Shown here: one piece after another, positions 13,836 to 27,317 of the stretch
Layout of the letters: each line of letters opens with the position of its first letter
How positions within the stretch are numbered: the stretch's first letter is position 1
Source: Dictyostelium discoideum
Taxonomy: Eukaryota
Assembly (NCBI GenBank): GCA_000004695.1
Contig: CM000151.3
Location: forward strand, 960,001-1,024,000
Reading direction: 5' to 3'
Length of the DNA: 64,000 nt
Translations under genes and position numbers: made by a program
Notes under the pieces: generated by a model
What the model saw: the letters and a program-made list of their open reading frames with translations, nothing else
Told to the model about the DNA's origin: nothing
Databases searched by the model: none

Positions 13836-14831
13836 TTAAATATCAGCTGGTTTTAATAAAATTTTACCTTTTGAAGCACGACCTTCTAAAAGATTATGAG
13901 CATCTGATGCTCTTTCTAAATCGATAATTGTTGGATTTGATAAAACCAATTTACCTTGTTCAACCCAAGAGAAAATTTCTGTCATACGTTGTTCCATTGA
14001 ACCTTTTTCAGCGATATAATGAGCCAAAGTTGGACGAGTTAAAAAGAGTGAACCATTGGTTGACAAGAGTAATGGGTCAATTGGTGGTACAGGACCACTT
14101 GCATTACCAATTAAACATAACATACCCAATGGTTTCAAAGACAATAATGACTGTTTCCAAGTGGATGCACCTACACCATCATAAACCACATCAACACCAT
14201 TACCATCATTCAATTGCTTAACTAATTTGGCCAACTCTTCTAAATTGTTACCTTGATTATAATTGATGATAACATCAGCACCCAACTTTTTGCAAATTTC
14301 TTCTTTCTCTGGTGTCGACACTGTAGTGATGACCTTGGCACCCAATATCTTGGCCATTTGGATTAGAATCTGGCCCAAGCCACCTGCACCTGCTTGAATT
14401 AGGCAAGTGTGTTTTGATTCTAATTTAAATGTGGATCTCACTAAATAGTGGCCAGTCATGCCTTGTAATGGGTAGGCTGCACCACTTTTAAAATCTACAC
14501 TATCTGGTAACTTGAATACCAATTGCTCTGGTACCAATGTATAGTCTGCATATGAATCTGGACTAAAATAACATACTCTATCACCAACTTTAAATTTATT
14601 AGCTGCCACCGATCCCACCTCCTCAACAACACCTGATCCTTCACGTCCTAAAGTAAATGGCAATGGTAATTTATACAATCCTGATCTATGATAGGTATCA
14701 ATGAAATTCACACCAATATAATGATTTCTAATTATCACATCTGTTTCTTTTGTAATTGTTGGTTTTACAATACTCTCATAAATCATTTTTTCAACTCCAC
14801 CTGTACTTGAAACTCTAATTGCTTTCATCAT
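13836..14831 (-). CDS. NADPH:quinone oxidoreductase / zeta-crystallin (MDR superfamily Qor), single exon
   Basis: 331-aa ORF with a GroES-like N-terminal domain and a Rossmann motif AGAGGLGQILIQMAKILGAKVI. The overall pattern is typical of Qor/zeta-crystallin. Confidence 0.9.
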   Translation of the reverse strand: MMKAIRVSSTGGVEKMIYESIVKPTITKETDVIIRNHYIGVNFIDTYHRSGLYKLPLPFTLGREGSGVVEEVGSVAANKFKVGDRVCYFSPDSYADYTLVPEQLVFKLPDSVDFKSGAAYPLQGMTGHYLVRSTFKLESKHTCLIQAGAGGLGQILIQMAKILGAKVITTVSTPEKEEICKKLGADVIINYNQGNNLEELAKLVKQLNDGNGVDVVYDGVGASTWKQSLLSLKPLGMLCLIGNASGPVPPIDPLLLSTNGSLFLTRPTLAHYIAEKGSMEQRMTEIFSWVEQGKLVLSNPTIIDLERASDAHNLLEGRASKGKILLKPADI

Positions 14832-15255
14832 TTTGTTTTTTGTTTTTTTTTTTTTTTTTTTTTTTTTATTTCTTTTTTTTTTTTTTTTTATATAATTCCC
14901 AATTTAGTAAAAATTAAATTATTATTATTATTATTATTACTTTTTTTAAAAATTTTATTATTATAAAGTTAAATATATATAAAAAATAATGTTGAAACAA
15001 ATGAAAAAAAATAAATTGAAAATTAAAAAAATAAAAAATAAAAAAAAATTAAATTTTTTTTATATGACAACAATTTTTACTTTACACTTTTGAACATACA
15101 CCACAAAATTTAAAAAAAAAAAAAAATGAAAAAAAAATGAAAAAAAAAATGAAAAAAAAAAAAAAGATATAATAACTGACGATGATATAAATTATTATAA
15201 TTAATTATGTCAACATAACAATAAATATAATTTAATTAACTGACGAATACTATTT

Positions 15256-15295
<40 letters not shown>

Positions 15296-15325
15296 TTTTA
15301 CAATTATTATATATTTTTTTTATTT

Positions 15326-15358
<33 letters not shown>

Positions 15359-15509
15359 CAGAAAATTAATTTCTTTTTTTTTTATTCTATTCCTTTCTTC
15401 TTTTATTCATTTTTTACATATTAGGTGAACTTGATCCAAATTTTTTTTTACATATAAGGTTAATTTAATTTAATTTAATTTTATTTTTTTTTATAAAAAT
15501 TTAATTTGA

Positions 15510-15542
<33 letters not shown>

Positions 15543-15755
15543 ATAAAAAAAAAAAAATAAAAACAAAATAATTGAAAAAAATTTTTCATTTTAAATAAAA
15601 CTAAATTAATAAATTTTTTTCTATTTAAAAAAAACTAATCTAAAAAAAAAAAAAAACAAAACAAAATAACTAATCTAAAAAAATAAAAAATAAAAAAAAA
15701 TAAAAAAATAAAAAAAAAAAGCACCGGATAAAAGCCTAAAAACCAAAAGTCAAAA

Positions 15756-15803
<48 letters not shown>

Positions 15804-15849
15804 AAAAGAAAAACTAAAAACTAAAAACTAAAAACTAAATAAAAAAATC

Positions 15850-16908
15850 ATGGATCCAGGGGAAAGGAAAAGAGATCTCCTTCCAAGTGATGACGATGGT
15901 GGTGATTTAGAAAATAGAAAATCTAGAAGAGAAGACAATATACGCCATCCTCAACAACAACAACAACAACAAAATTATCAACAACAACAAAATTATCAAC
16001 AACAACAAAATTATCAACAACAACCATATGACCAACAATCACAATCGTCATCACAAGGTGGATACTATCAACCCCCTCCACCTCCTCCAAGTGGATATTA
16101 TCAATCACCACCACCTTATTCACGAGCTGGATATGATCCATATGGTTACTATGCTCCACCACCACAACATCAACCAAATAGTTATTACCCACAACAACCA
16201 AGTTTTGATCCATACTTCCAACAACAATATCAACCACCACCACCACCACCACAACAACAACAACAACAATATCAACCACAATCACAACAACAACAATATC
16301 AGCCTCAACAATCTCATGGATATGATTATCAACAATCATACCAAGGTTATCAAAACCAACAGCAACCTCAACAATCCCAAGAAAACCAATCCCAACAACA
16401 ACAATCCCAACAATCCCCACAACCCCAACGACCCCAACAACAATCCTATCAATCGTATCAACAACAACAACCTCAACAACAACAACAAGATATATTCCAA
16501 GTTCCTCAAGATAGAAATAGAAGTTATAGAGATAGTGGTGGTGATAGAGGAAATGGTTCTTCTGGAAATGACAACTATGGATATCAAAGAGGAAGAGGTA
16601 GAGATAATAATAATAATAATAATGGTGGTGGTGGTAGTGGCAGTGGCGATAGGTATGGTAGTGGCAGTGGTGGCAGTGGTGGGGATAGATATAGTGGTAG
16701 AGGTAGAAGAGATTTTGGAGATAGAGATAACAATAATAACAATAATAATAATAATAATTATAGAAATAGAGGATACAATAATAGAGATAATGGTAGCGGG
16801 AGTAGTGGCGAAAAAGATTACGGTTCATTATCTCCACCATCATTTGGTAATGCACAATCAACAACATCAAGTATTATTCCACCTCCCAGAACAATTAGTG
16901 ACTCACCA

Positions 16909-16973
<65 letters not shown>

Positions 16974-17458
16974 TGATGAAGGCAGTGGATATTATGAAGA
17001 TGAAGTCAATAAATCCTCAAACAACAACAACAACAGCAGCAACAACAATGAAAAAACCACAACAACCACAACAACGGGTAGCACCATACCAAAATCTCCT
17101 TCACATTCACCATCCCCTTCACCATCCCCTTCACCATCCCCTTCACCATCAAATTTATCATCAAATACATCAACCACAAAACCAATATCCTTCACAAAAA
17201 GGGTTAGGGATGATGATGTAGCTGGCATAATAACAAATAAACAAGAAAATGAACAAAAACCAAAATTATCAACACCTGTTAAATTATTAACAAATAGATA
17301 TATTTTAAATACTGATAAATCAATTCAAATTTATCAATATGATGTTGCATTTAATGTAAGTTATTTTTTTATAATATGTATATATATTCTATATTAGATA
17401 ATGAATTATTAATGTTAATATAATTTCAATTTAATAAATATTTTTATCTATACACCTA

Positions 17459-17494
<36 letters not shown>

Positions 17495-19610
17495 GCCACC
17501 ATTATTTAATAGATCAAAAAAATATGATATAATTTCAAGTTTAACAAAACAAATTGGAGTAAATATTTATGATGGATCATCATTAATGTATTGTAATAGT
17601 AATACTATAAAAGAACGTTCATATGAAGTTGAAGATGATATAAAAGTAAAGATAACATTGATTCAATTATTGGATGAATCAGCGGTAATTCAATTTTATA
17701 ATGTTTTCATGAAAAGAGTTATGAGATTATTAGGTTATTCAGTAGTTGGTAGACAATATTATAATAGTCAATTATCAAAGTCGATTGAACGTTCAAGTTT
17801 AAATATTTGGCCAGGTTATTTCACATCAATCAATAAAATATGTGCTGGTGTTTCTTTATTAGTTGATGTCTCTCAAAAAGTAATAAGAAGACAATCAGTT
17901 TTATCAACTATAAAAGGTGGACATAGTGGTTATGGAGGTAGTGAACGTGGTGGTGGTGGTGGTGGTGGTGGTGGTGGATTTAGAAAATCAAGACAAGAAA
18001 TTGAAAATGAATTAACTGGATCAATTGTAATAACATTATATAATAATAAAACCTACCGTATTAACTCGATTGATTGGGATAAATCACCAATGTCAAAGTT
18101 TAGTACAGATAAAGGTGATGTTTCATTCATTGAATATTATAAGATAACTTATGGCCGTGAAATTAGAACTATGGATCAACCATTATTAGTATCACGTTCA
18201 AAGGGTAAGAATAAGGATAATGATGTATTTCTAGTACCAGAATTATGTAACTTAACAGGTATAAGTGATGAAGATCGTAAAAACAATTCAATGATGAAAG
18301 AATTATCTGAACATATCAATGTAGAACCAAAGAGAAGATTTCATACGATTCAATCATTTTTAGATTCGATAGCATCAAGTGATGTAATTAAGGAACAAAC
18401 TTCAAAGTGGGGTCTATCATTTCAATCTCCACTAGAGGTAATTGCAAGTCAATTTCAACCACCAATGAAGGATATACCACGTTATAAAAAGTTGAAAGAT
18501 ATTTGGGCAGTAATTGTATCTGAAGATAATAAGAATTGTATCGATCAGTTTGTACGTCTAATGTTTGAAAAGTTTACAATGGAGAGACCAATTGTAAGAG
18601 TAATTAAACACAATCCAATGGGAAGAGATTACTCTATGGCAATTAAAGATTTGGTAGAAAGAGATAATCCATCATTCATAGTTGTAGTTGTAAACGGTGT
18701 TAAAACTGATTTATACAATTCAATAAAGAGAACTGCAATATTGGAATGCAAGGTCATCACTCAAGTCCTAACGGTTAAAACCATAACCAATCAAAAAATA
18801 AGTTCAATATTTTCAAAGATCACCAATCAAATCAATGCAAAAATTGATATTCCACCATGGACTTTAAAAGAGAATTCAAATTTTGGTATTCCAAATTATA
18901 CAATGGTAGTTGGTATTGATGTTGGTCATAATACCGATAAGGAATCAAGATCGGTTGCAGCTTTTTGTGCTTCAGTAAATCATAGTTTTACAAATTTTTT
19001 TGTTGCATGTAGTATTCAAAAACAAAATACTAAAGAGGTCATTCATTCATTGGGTAACTCTATGAATTGTGCTTTAAGATCTTATTATGCAAAGAATGGT
19101 CGTCTTCCTTCAAATATTATAGTTTATCGTGATGGTGTTAGTGATGGAATGCTCGATCAAATCAATAAACATGAAGTATCATCAATTAGGGAATCATTCA
19201 ATCAATTACCCCAATCAATGGGTCCAAAACCAGCTTTAATCTATATTGTTGTAAAAAAACAAACTCACCTTCGTCTATTCAATATGTCAAGAGATCTTGG
19301 TAATCCTGATCAAGGTGTTGTTGTAAATAAACCAGTTACAAAAGAAAGATGGTATGAATTCTTTTTAGTCTCTCAAAGAACTCATAAAGGTACTACAAAT
19401 CCAACTCATTATCATGTACTTCAAGATGATACAGAAATTGAAATGGAATCTTTACAACAATTAACATTCAATTTATGTTTTCTTTATTTCAATTTTGATC
19501 AAGCAGTTTCTGTACCAATGGTATGCCAATACTCTCATAAAAGTGCACTTTTATGTGGTAAATCTTTAAATGCTACTACTCCAGATGAAATGAGTAATCA
19601 TTTATTCTTT

Positions 19611-19616
<6 letters not shown>
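15850..19616 (+). CDS. Argonaute/Piwi-family protein with a roughly 500-aa Q/P/RGG-rich N-terminal low-complexity region. Exons 15850..17355 and 17496..19616.
   Basis: PAZ-like segment: ITYGREIRTMDQPLLVSRSKGK...VFLVPELCNLTGISDEDR. Piwi motifs: GIDVGHNTDKESRSVAAFCASV, IIVYRDGVSDGM, PTHYHVLQDD, PMVCQYSHKSALLCGKSL. A phase-0 intron runs GTAAGT...(TA)n TTTAG. The N-terminus contains poly-Q, PPPP, RGRGRD, GGSGS and SPSPSPSP repeats. Confidence 0.88.
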
Positions 19617-19642
<26 letters not shown>

Positions 19643-20018
19643 CAAACAAAAAAAAAAAAAAAAAAAAAAAAAAATAATAATTATATCTTTTGTATAATAG
19701 CAATAATTAATAATAGTAATAATATTAATTTTTTTTTTTCAACAAAGATTTATCACAATAAATTGAATCACCAAATCTTGGTGATATACTTTGTAAATAC
19801 TCACTATAAATTTCCAAATCTTTCCAAACCTTTTTTTTTTTTTAGTTAAAAATTGGTTTTCGTCCAAAATTAAAAAATGAAATTTCCTTAAAATTAGTTT
19901 TTTTTTAAAAAAAAATAAAAAAAAATAAAAAAATAACAACAAATGAAAATCAAAAAAAAATGAAAATTTTTTTTTTTTTTTTTTTATTTTATTTTTTTTT
20001 TTTTATTTTATTTTATTT

Positions 20019-20051
<33 letters not shown>

Positions 20052-20069
20052 GAACATTGTAATTGGAAA

Positions 20070-20546
20070 ATGTCAAAAGAATCAAGAATATTTATTGAAA
20101 TTAGTGAAAATATAATTGATTTAAATTATTGGTATAAAATTGTATCAGATGATAGTAGTGGTGCAACCTCATCATTTTTAGGTACAACAAGAAATGAATT
20201 TAAAGGTAAATCAGTTGAAAGATTAGAATATGAAACCTATGAACCAATGGCAATTAAAGAGATTGAAAAAATTTGTAAAACTATATTAAATGGATTTGAA
20301 AATGATATTAAAAAAATTGGTATTGTTCATAGAATTGGTAATGTTCCAGTTGGTGAATCAAGTATATTAATTGTAATTTCTTCTGGTCATAGAAAATCAT
20401 CATTAGAAGCTGTTCATTATGCTATTGACACAATTAAATCAACTGTACCAATTTGGAAAAAAGAATTTTATACTGATGGTTCTGAGAATCAATGGAAAGG
20501 AAATTGTGAATCTTGTCATTTTAATAATAATAATCATCCTCATTAA
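20070..20546 (+). CDS. Molybdopterin synthase catalytic (large) subunit MoaE / MOCS2B
   Basis: The block LEYETYEPMAIKEIEKI...IGIVHRIGNVPVGESSILIVISSGHRKSSLEAVHYAIDTIKSTVPIWKKEFYTDGSENQWKGN matches the MoaE signature (HRxG...SSxHR...PIWKKE). The first ATG is at 20070; the upstream ORF start is a TTG. Confidence 0.85.
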   Translation: MSKESRIFIEISENIIDLNYWYKIVSDDSSGATSSFLGTTRNEFKGKSVERLEYETYEPMAIKEIEKICKTILNGFENDIKKIGIVHRIGNVPVGESSILIVISSGHRKSSLEAVHYAIDTIKSTVPIWKKEFYTDGSENQWKGNCESCHFNNNNHPH

Positions 20547-20878
20547 ATAATTAAATAATAACAATACATGTATATATAAAAAAATAAAAATTAATAAAAA
20601 TGAGATAATTATATTTGTAAATAATTTAATTTTTTTTATTTTTTTTTTTTAAAAAAAAAAAAGATATTTTTATTTTTTTATTCTTAAGGATAAAAACAAA
20701 CCACCACTTGTGTTTAAAATCTTTTTTTTATTTTCATTTTTTTTTTTTTTAATTTTTTTTTTTTTTTTTTTTTTTATTGTTTGAATTTCATTATTTTAAT
20801 TTTTTTTTTTTTTTTTTTTTATTTAATTTTTCTAATCATTTAAATAAAATATTTTGTAATAATAATAATAATAATAAA

Positions 20879-21778
20879 ATGATTAATAGATTATTTTCAA
20901 TTAATAATATTAAAAATGGATCAAAATTTTTTAGTTCATCAACAACAGTTGAAACTAAACAACCATTAGTTTTATTAGAAAAACATTTAGTAAATGGAAA
21001 ATATACAGGTATTCAAATTGTTAAATTAAATAAACCAAAACAATTGAATGCATTAACATTTGAAATGGGAGTTGATTATAAGAAGGTGGTGGATACATTA
21101 GCAGAAGATAAAGATTTGAAATGTGTTGTATTGACAGGTGAAGGTAAGGCATTTTCGGCAGGTGGTGATTTAGATTTCTTAATTGAAAGAACTAAAGACA
21201 CACCAGAAAACAATCAAAGAATTATGGAAAGATTCTATAGAACATTTTTATATATTCGTTCATTACCAGTACCAATCATTTCTGCAATCAATGGTGCAGC
21301 AATTGGTGCAGGTTTCTGTTTAGCTTTAGCAACTGATATTCGTGTCGTTAGTAATAAAGCACCAGTGGGTTTAACATTCACCAAATTAGGTATTCATCCA
21401 GGTATGGGTGTAACTCATTCAATTACAAATATAGTTGGTCAAGATGTTGCATCCTATATGTTATTATCAAGTGATATTATCAAAGGTGATGAAGCTCAAA
21501 GATTAGGTTTAGTTTTAAAATCGGTTGAATCTGATCAAGTTTTACCAACTGCTTTAAATCTCGCTGAAACAATCTCAAAAAATTCAACTATCGCTGTAAA
21601 CTCTACAACAAAAACTTTACGTAATAAATATAATTCAGATTTAGATAAAAGTTTAACTCGTGAAGCTGATGCTCAAAGTCAATGTTGGGCTTCAAAAGAT
21701 ATAGTTGAAGGTATTTTAGCAATTAGAGAAAGTAGAGATCCAAAACATAATTATTTATTATTTGATGATCAAAAATAA
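20879..21778 (+). CDS. Enoyl-CoA hydratase/isomerase (crotonase) family protein, probably mitochondrial
   Basis: Crotonase motifs [18 protein letters not shown] and [27 protein letters not shown]. An N-terminal presequence [26 protein letters not shown] at 20879 within the longer ORF. Confidence 0.85.
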
Positions 21779-21924
21779 AATTAATAAAGTTTGTTTAATT
21801 AAAGTAAACAAAAAAAAAAAAAAAAAAAAAAAGATAAATACAAATTAAAGTTAACTTTGTTTTGTTGTTTGGTTTTTTTTTTTATTTATTTTATTTTTTT
21901 TTTATTTTTTATTTTTTATTTTAT

Positions 21925-23245
21925 TTATTTTCTTTTTATAGTTTTCTTTTTTTGAACTTTATTTGGAGTTGATTTTTTATGAACTTGAATATGATTTAAA
22001 AAAGTTGGTTTTTGTCTTTCTTCTCTTTTATCTAATACAATTTTAGATTTACATCTCCACATACACCAATATGGATCATAGAAATAATCTTTTAGACGAA
22101 CTTGTTCTTCTTTAACTCTAATATCGATGAGTTCTTCTTTATCCAATAAACCAATGGAAGAGATAATAACAGGTGTGTTGGTATCATTAGTATTTGGCAT
22201 TTCAGGTACAACCAAATCATCATTAATACCAGTTGAAGAGGAATCTTCAAATTCTTCTATACCATCTTCAGTTGAATGTAAACCATCGAAATAGAAATAA
22301 AAGTATTGTTCTTCCTCTGGATCGAAATGAAGTATTGGTTTACCCAATTGACATTCTCTACAAATAAAAGGTTGGGTTGAACATTCACGAGTACATGGTA
22401 AGCCAAGACAATGTAAATGAAAAGCTCTTAAACAACTACCTTGACAGACTATCAATGGGACTGGTTGAGTTGACATTGTAATGATATCACCACTTGGAAT
22501 AATGTTACCATTGGCATCCAATGTTGGTGGTGGTGGTGGTTGTTGATATGGAATGGGTGGTTGTTTACACATGTCACATACCAATGCAACAATCTCTGAT
22601 TTATATTGTGCATCGATTTCACATTGATGTAAATGTTGTTGATATTGTTCTTCAAATTCTTTATCGAGTTCCTCAACTGATTCCATTGGATCATTGCTAT
22701 CGTTGGCAGCGATTGCAGCATTTACAATCTCCATTACATTTGAGAAAACCAATTTAATATCTTGATAGATGATTTGATAATCTTTATAGTATTTAGTAGT
22801 TAATCTCTTTTCAATTGTACCTAAATCCATTGGATTCTTTATGTGATCTTTATATTTGGATTGATCGCCAAATGGTTCTCTAATTTGTTTAGTTCTTGTA
22901 TCTTTCATTAATTGTAAAACCATTGATTTCAAATGATCAATCATTAATTCATTCAAAATTGGTTTAGTAGTTTTAACTTTTGGACGATAAACTTGTTTTG
23001 CCCATTTTTGTTGTTGTGCAATATGAGCTTGTTGAATTTGAATTTGAAGTGCTTGTTGTTGTCTAAATATTTGTTCTTCTTGTGTTAATTCACGACCATC
23101 TTCACCAATAATTGGTTGTTGTTGTTGAATTTGTTGTTGTTGAATTTGTTGTTGTTGTGGTTGTTGGTGTTGAATTTGTTGTTGTTGATGCTGTTGTTGT
23201 AATTGTTGTTGTTGGTGTTGTTGTTGTAATTGTTGTTGTAAATAC

Positions 23246-23299
<54 letters not shown>

Positions 23300-24089
23300 A
23301 AATATTGTTGTTGTTGTTGTTGTTGTTGTTGTAAATATTGTTGTTGTTGTTGTTGTTGTTGACGATGTTGCATTAATCCTAATGACTGTTGAGATTGAGG
23401 TGTATTAAAAATATTATTTATTAATTGTTGTGGAGTTGGAGTTTGTTGTTGTGGATGATGATTTTGAACTGGTGTATGATAAATATTATTTATAATTGCA
23501 GATTTAATTGGTGTAATATTACTAATTGGTTGTTGTTTTATTGGTGTTGGGAAATTACTATTACCATTCATCATATTATTTCCATTTGAAAGTGGGGTAC
23601 CATTTTGATTGGTTGTATCATAACCCATATGATCACCCATTGTCATTGGACCACCCATTGGGTTATTTGATCTTTGACGTCTTGAATCTTGTTGTTGTTT
23701 AATATAACATTTTTTACATTTACTTGCACGTGGATAAAATTCTGATAATGGTAGAATAGAATTTGTATTCCACCATTGTTGATGTAATGGGTGTTGACAT
23801 GCTTGATAGTTTATTCCTGGTTGTTTCTCTACTTGTGGTATATCCATTGGTTGTGGTGAATGTTGTGCTTGTGCTGCTGCTGTGGCCGCTGCTGCTGCTG
23901 CACGTATTGGTGTTTGTTTAGATTGTTGTTGTTGTTGTTGTACCTGTTGCTGTTGTTGTTGTTGTTGTTGTTGTTGATATTGATATAATAGTGCTTGTTG
24001 TGCTTGTTGTTGTTGTTGTTGTTGTAAATAGTGTTGTTGCTGTTGTTGTTGGGCTTGTTGTTGCTGTTGTTGGGCTTGTTGATAATATA

Positions 24090-24127
<38 letters not shown>

Positions 24128-25047
24128 GCTGCTGCTTGTTGCTGTTGTTGTAATAATTGTTGTTGTTGTAATTGTTGTAATTGTTGTGGTGTAAACATCA
24201 TTTGTTGAGAATAAGGTGCGACCATTGGTTGTTTAACAGGTGTCATAATTGGTACGCCACCACTAATGGTACCACTTGATACAATTGGACTAATTGCTGA
24301 TAGTTGTGGTGGTGCACTTACACCTTTATTATTATTATTGCTATTACTACTAATTAAAATGGGTGACATTGCATTAATGTTTGCTTCAATTGAACCATCT
24401 GAAGAATGTTGTTGTTGTTGTGCAACGGCAGCAGCTTGTTGTTGTTGTTGTTGTTGTTGTTGTAATAGTTGTTGTTGTGCTTGTTGTTTTTTACTCTCTT
24501 TAACTGGAATTATAGGTGAATGATTAATATGTTTAACTCTAGTTGGATCAACTGGATCACCATCTTGTTCATGTCTTGAAATGTGACGACTAAAGTTGGC
24601 TTGTAATGATTTATTACAATTTAAAAAGAAACATGTATAGAAACCCTCTTCATTTTTATGAAATAAATTTGAACCATACTTTTCCCTTTGATAATTCATT
24701 AAACCTGGACCATCGGTTTTCATCAATGTATTGGGTGTTGGTGGTGCACTACCAATTGGTGGTGTTGTAACAATGGTTGAATTTGTCATTGTTGGTGTAA
24801 TAGCTGATGCTTGAATTGGTGATGTCACTAATTGTTGTTGTTGTTGTTGAGCTTGTTGTTGCACTTGTTGTTGTTGTTGTTGAGCTTGTTGTTGTTGTTG
24901 TGTTTGTTGTAACAATGGATTTATTAATCCAACCAATGGTGAATGTAATTGTTGTGAATGTAACATACCTGTTGTATCTGTACCTGGTAATGGTAATGGT
25001 AATGATGTTTGACCATACAATCCATTATATAAACCATATGGATTCAT
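21925..25047 (-). CDS. Bromodomain-containing poly-Q nuclear protein with a PHD-like Cys cluster and a C2H2-like finger
   Basis: Bromodomain-like IREPFGDQSKYKDHIKNPMDLGTIEKRLTTKYYKDYQIIYQDIKLVFSNVMEI. PHD-like C..C...C..C.HLHC...C..C cluster (CDMCKQ...CQGSCLRAFHLHCLGLPCTRECSTQPFICRECQ). C2H2-like YTCFFLNCNKSLQANFSRHISRH. Very long CAA/CAG poly-Q runs. Confidence 0.7.
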
Positions 25048-25725
25048 TTTTTTTCTTTTTTTTTTTTTTTTTTTTATTTATTTATTATTTATTTAATTAG
25101 TTTAGATTGAAACTTTTTTTTTTTTTTTTTTTTTATTAATGTAATCTTTTTTTTTTTTTCTTTATTTTTTTTTTTTAAAAATTGTTTATTTGATTGATGT
25201 ATGAATATTAAGAATATTATTAAATACTAATAAATATGATATTAAAAAATAGTTTGTTTTATTTTATTATATTTTTACAAATAAATAAATAAAAAAAAAA
25301 AAAAAAAAAAGTGTTTAATTTAATTCCAAAAAATTTTAAAAAATGCAAAATGAAAAATAAAAATAAAAATAAAAAAAAAAAAAAGAGGGATCGATTTCAA
25401 TTCCCAAATGTTTTTAGTTTTTTTGTTTTTTTTTTTTTTGTCTTTATTTATGTGTACACACAACAAAAAAAAAAAAAAAAAATTTTTAAAAAAAAAAAAA
25501 AAAAAATTGAAAATTTTGAAAAATTAAAAAATTAAAAAAAAATAAAAATAAAAAAAATAAATATTTTTAAAGGAAATTAACGGTCATAAGAAATTGAGGC
25601 GACATTTAAATTTTCCATTTTTTTTTTTTTAAAGTGCCATTAAAATATCCAAATAAAGGTTTTGGAATTAAACAAAAGAAGATATTTTTTTTTTTTTTAG
25701 AATTTATAATTTTTAACTTTAATTA

Positions 25726-25769
<44 letters not shown>

Positions 25770-25803
25770 TATAAATTTCCTAATTTTATTTATAATACTA
25801 TTA

Positions 25804-26106
25804 TTAATCAATTAAAATAAATTCAATTAAAAATAAATCTAATAAACCTGGATAAATTTCGGAAATAACATTTTTTAATTGATCTAAAGTCATATTCTCT
25901 TGAATTGCATGTGTTTCATTTAAATGGTCAAAATTAATTTGCGAAACTGATAAAATTTTAATATTACAAAAATATATATTATCTTCATATCTTGAAACTC
26001 TAACTATATCACCCTCTTTAAGATCACCTTCTCTTCTAATTGTAATTGTTTTCTTCTTTTCTAATATGTCTTTTTCAAAACGTTTGTAAAATGTTATTTC
26101 TTTCAT
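25804..26106 (-). CDS. ASCH-domain protein resembling bacterial YqfB (N4-acetylcytidine amidohydrolase), about 100 aa
   Basis: MKEITFYKRFEKDILEKKKTITIRREGDLKEGDIVRVSRYEDNIYFCNIKILSVSQINFDHLNETHAIQENMTLDQLKNVISEIYPGLLDLFLIEF aligns almost block for block with my recollection of E. coli YqfB ([23 protein letters not shown]...[20 protein letters not shown]...[22 protein letters not shown]...VIEF). The upstream part of the 133-aa ORF is poly-K/F junk. Confidence 0.75.
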   Translation of the reverse strand: MKEITFYKRFEKDILEKKKTITIRREGDLKEGDIVRVSRYEDNIYFCNIKILSVSQINFDHLNETHAIQENMTLDQLKNVISEIYPGLLDLFLIEFILID

Positions 26107-26306
26107 TCTAACTTTTTTATTAATCTTTCTAAAATAATAAAAAAAAAAAAAAAAATGAAAAAAAAAAACAAAATCTATTTTTAATTTTTTTTTTTTTTTT
26201 TTCATTTTTTTTTTTTTTTTTGTGCAAAATTGTCTATTTAATTTATTTATAAATTTAATTTATATTCAAATAATTTTTTTTAAAAATTAATTTAATTTTT
26301 ATTTTT

Positions 26307-27112
26307 TTAAAGATCAGTTGAAATACTAATTTCATTCCATTGATTAATATCATCTAATAATGAATTGAAATGAAGTTTTGAATCTTGAATAGCATCATAA
26401 CCAAAGAAAATATTAGTTGGTAATGGTTTATCTTGTTGATAAAGTTCAAAAATTTTTACGATTGCATTTGCAAATTTATCATGTGAACCTCTAGTAGTTT
26501 CAGCTAATTTAAGGAAATCTTTCAATGAATTATCAATGCTTGATAATGGATGATATTCGTCGATTGGATTTTCAATGACTTTGAATTTCTCTTTATTTGT
26601 AATATCAGGTCTGAAACCACCTGGAGATAATAATAGTACTTTGACATTAAACGGTGCCAACTCTTTGTTGAGTGACAATGTCAAGCCGGTGACAGCGTAT
26701 TTGCTGGCTGAATAGGACGATGTCTTACCTCTAGGTCTGTGTCCTAAAATACTAGAAACGTTTAATATCAAACCTGATCTTTGTTTTCTTAAATGTGGTA
26801 TTGTCGATCTAACGATATTCAACACTGCGAAGTAATTAACGTCGAAAATTGCTCTTGCCTCTTTATCACTCGTCTCTTCAACATTACCCAATTGTGAATA
26901 GCCTGCATTATTAATCACAACATCAATATGGCCAAATGTTTTAATGGTCTCTTTAACACCCTCTTCTACACTCTCTTCATTTGTAATATCAACTTGAACA
27001 ACTAATAATGATTTAAATAAATCAATCTTATTCTCTGTTTCATAATATTTTTTAATTTCATTTTCAACTGTTGATTTTGATCTTGTAAATGCTGAAACTT
27101 TAAATTCTAAAA

Positions 27113-27151
<39 letters not shown>

Positions 27152-27317
27152 AAGTTAGAAAAATAAAATAAAATAAAATAATAATAAAATAATAATAATA
27201 CTTACTATTGTCTAATAATTTCTTAACAATTGATAAACCTAATCCAGTTGATGTACCTGAAACGAGGAATACTTTATCAGTGTTTTCTTTTTGATTAGCA
27301 ATAATTGTTGGTTCCAT
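26307..27317 (-). CDS. Short-chain dehydrogenase/reductase (SDR). Exons 27206..27317 and 26307..27106.
   Basis: N-terminal Rossmann motif VFLVSGTSTGLGLSIVKKL in exon 1, the NNAG motif (VVINNAGYS) and catalytic YSASKYAV (YxxxK). Intron GTAAGT...TTTTAG with phase 1 checked. Confidence 0.85.

Noticed and set aside
15923-17228. Long antisense or alternative-frame ORFs overlapping low-complexity coding regions (for example 15923..16870-, 16028..17221+, 23112..23408+, 23991..24523+, 49069..49590-, 50237..50698-, 51289..51918-, 52258..52626-, 54894..55694+, 54903..55682-, 55252..55686-, 63471..63762+)
   Set aside because: These are frame artifacts of CAA/AAT/GAA-type repeats, which are open in several frames. 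Each overlaps a much better supported gene.
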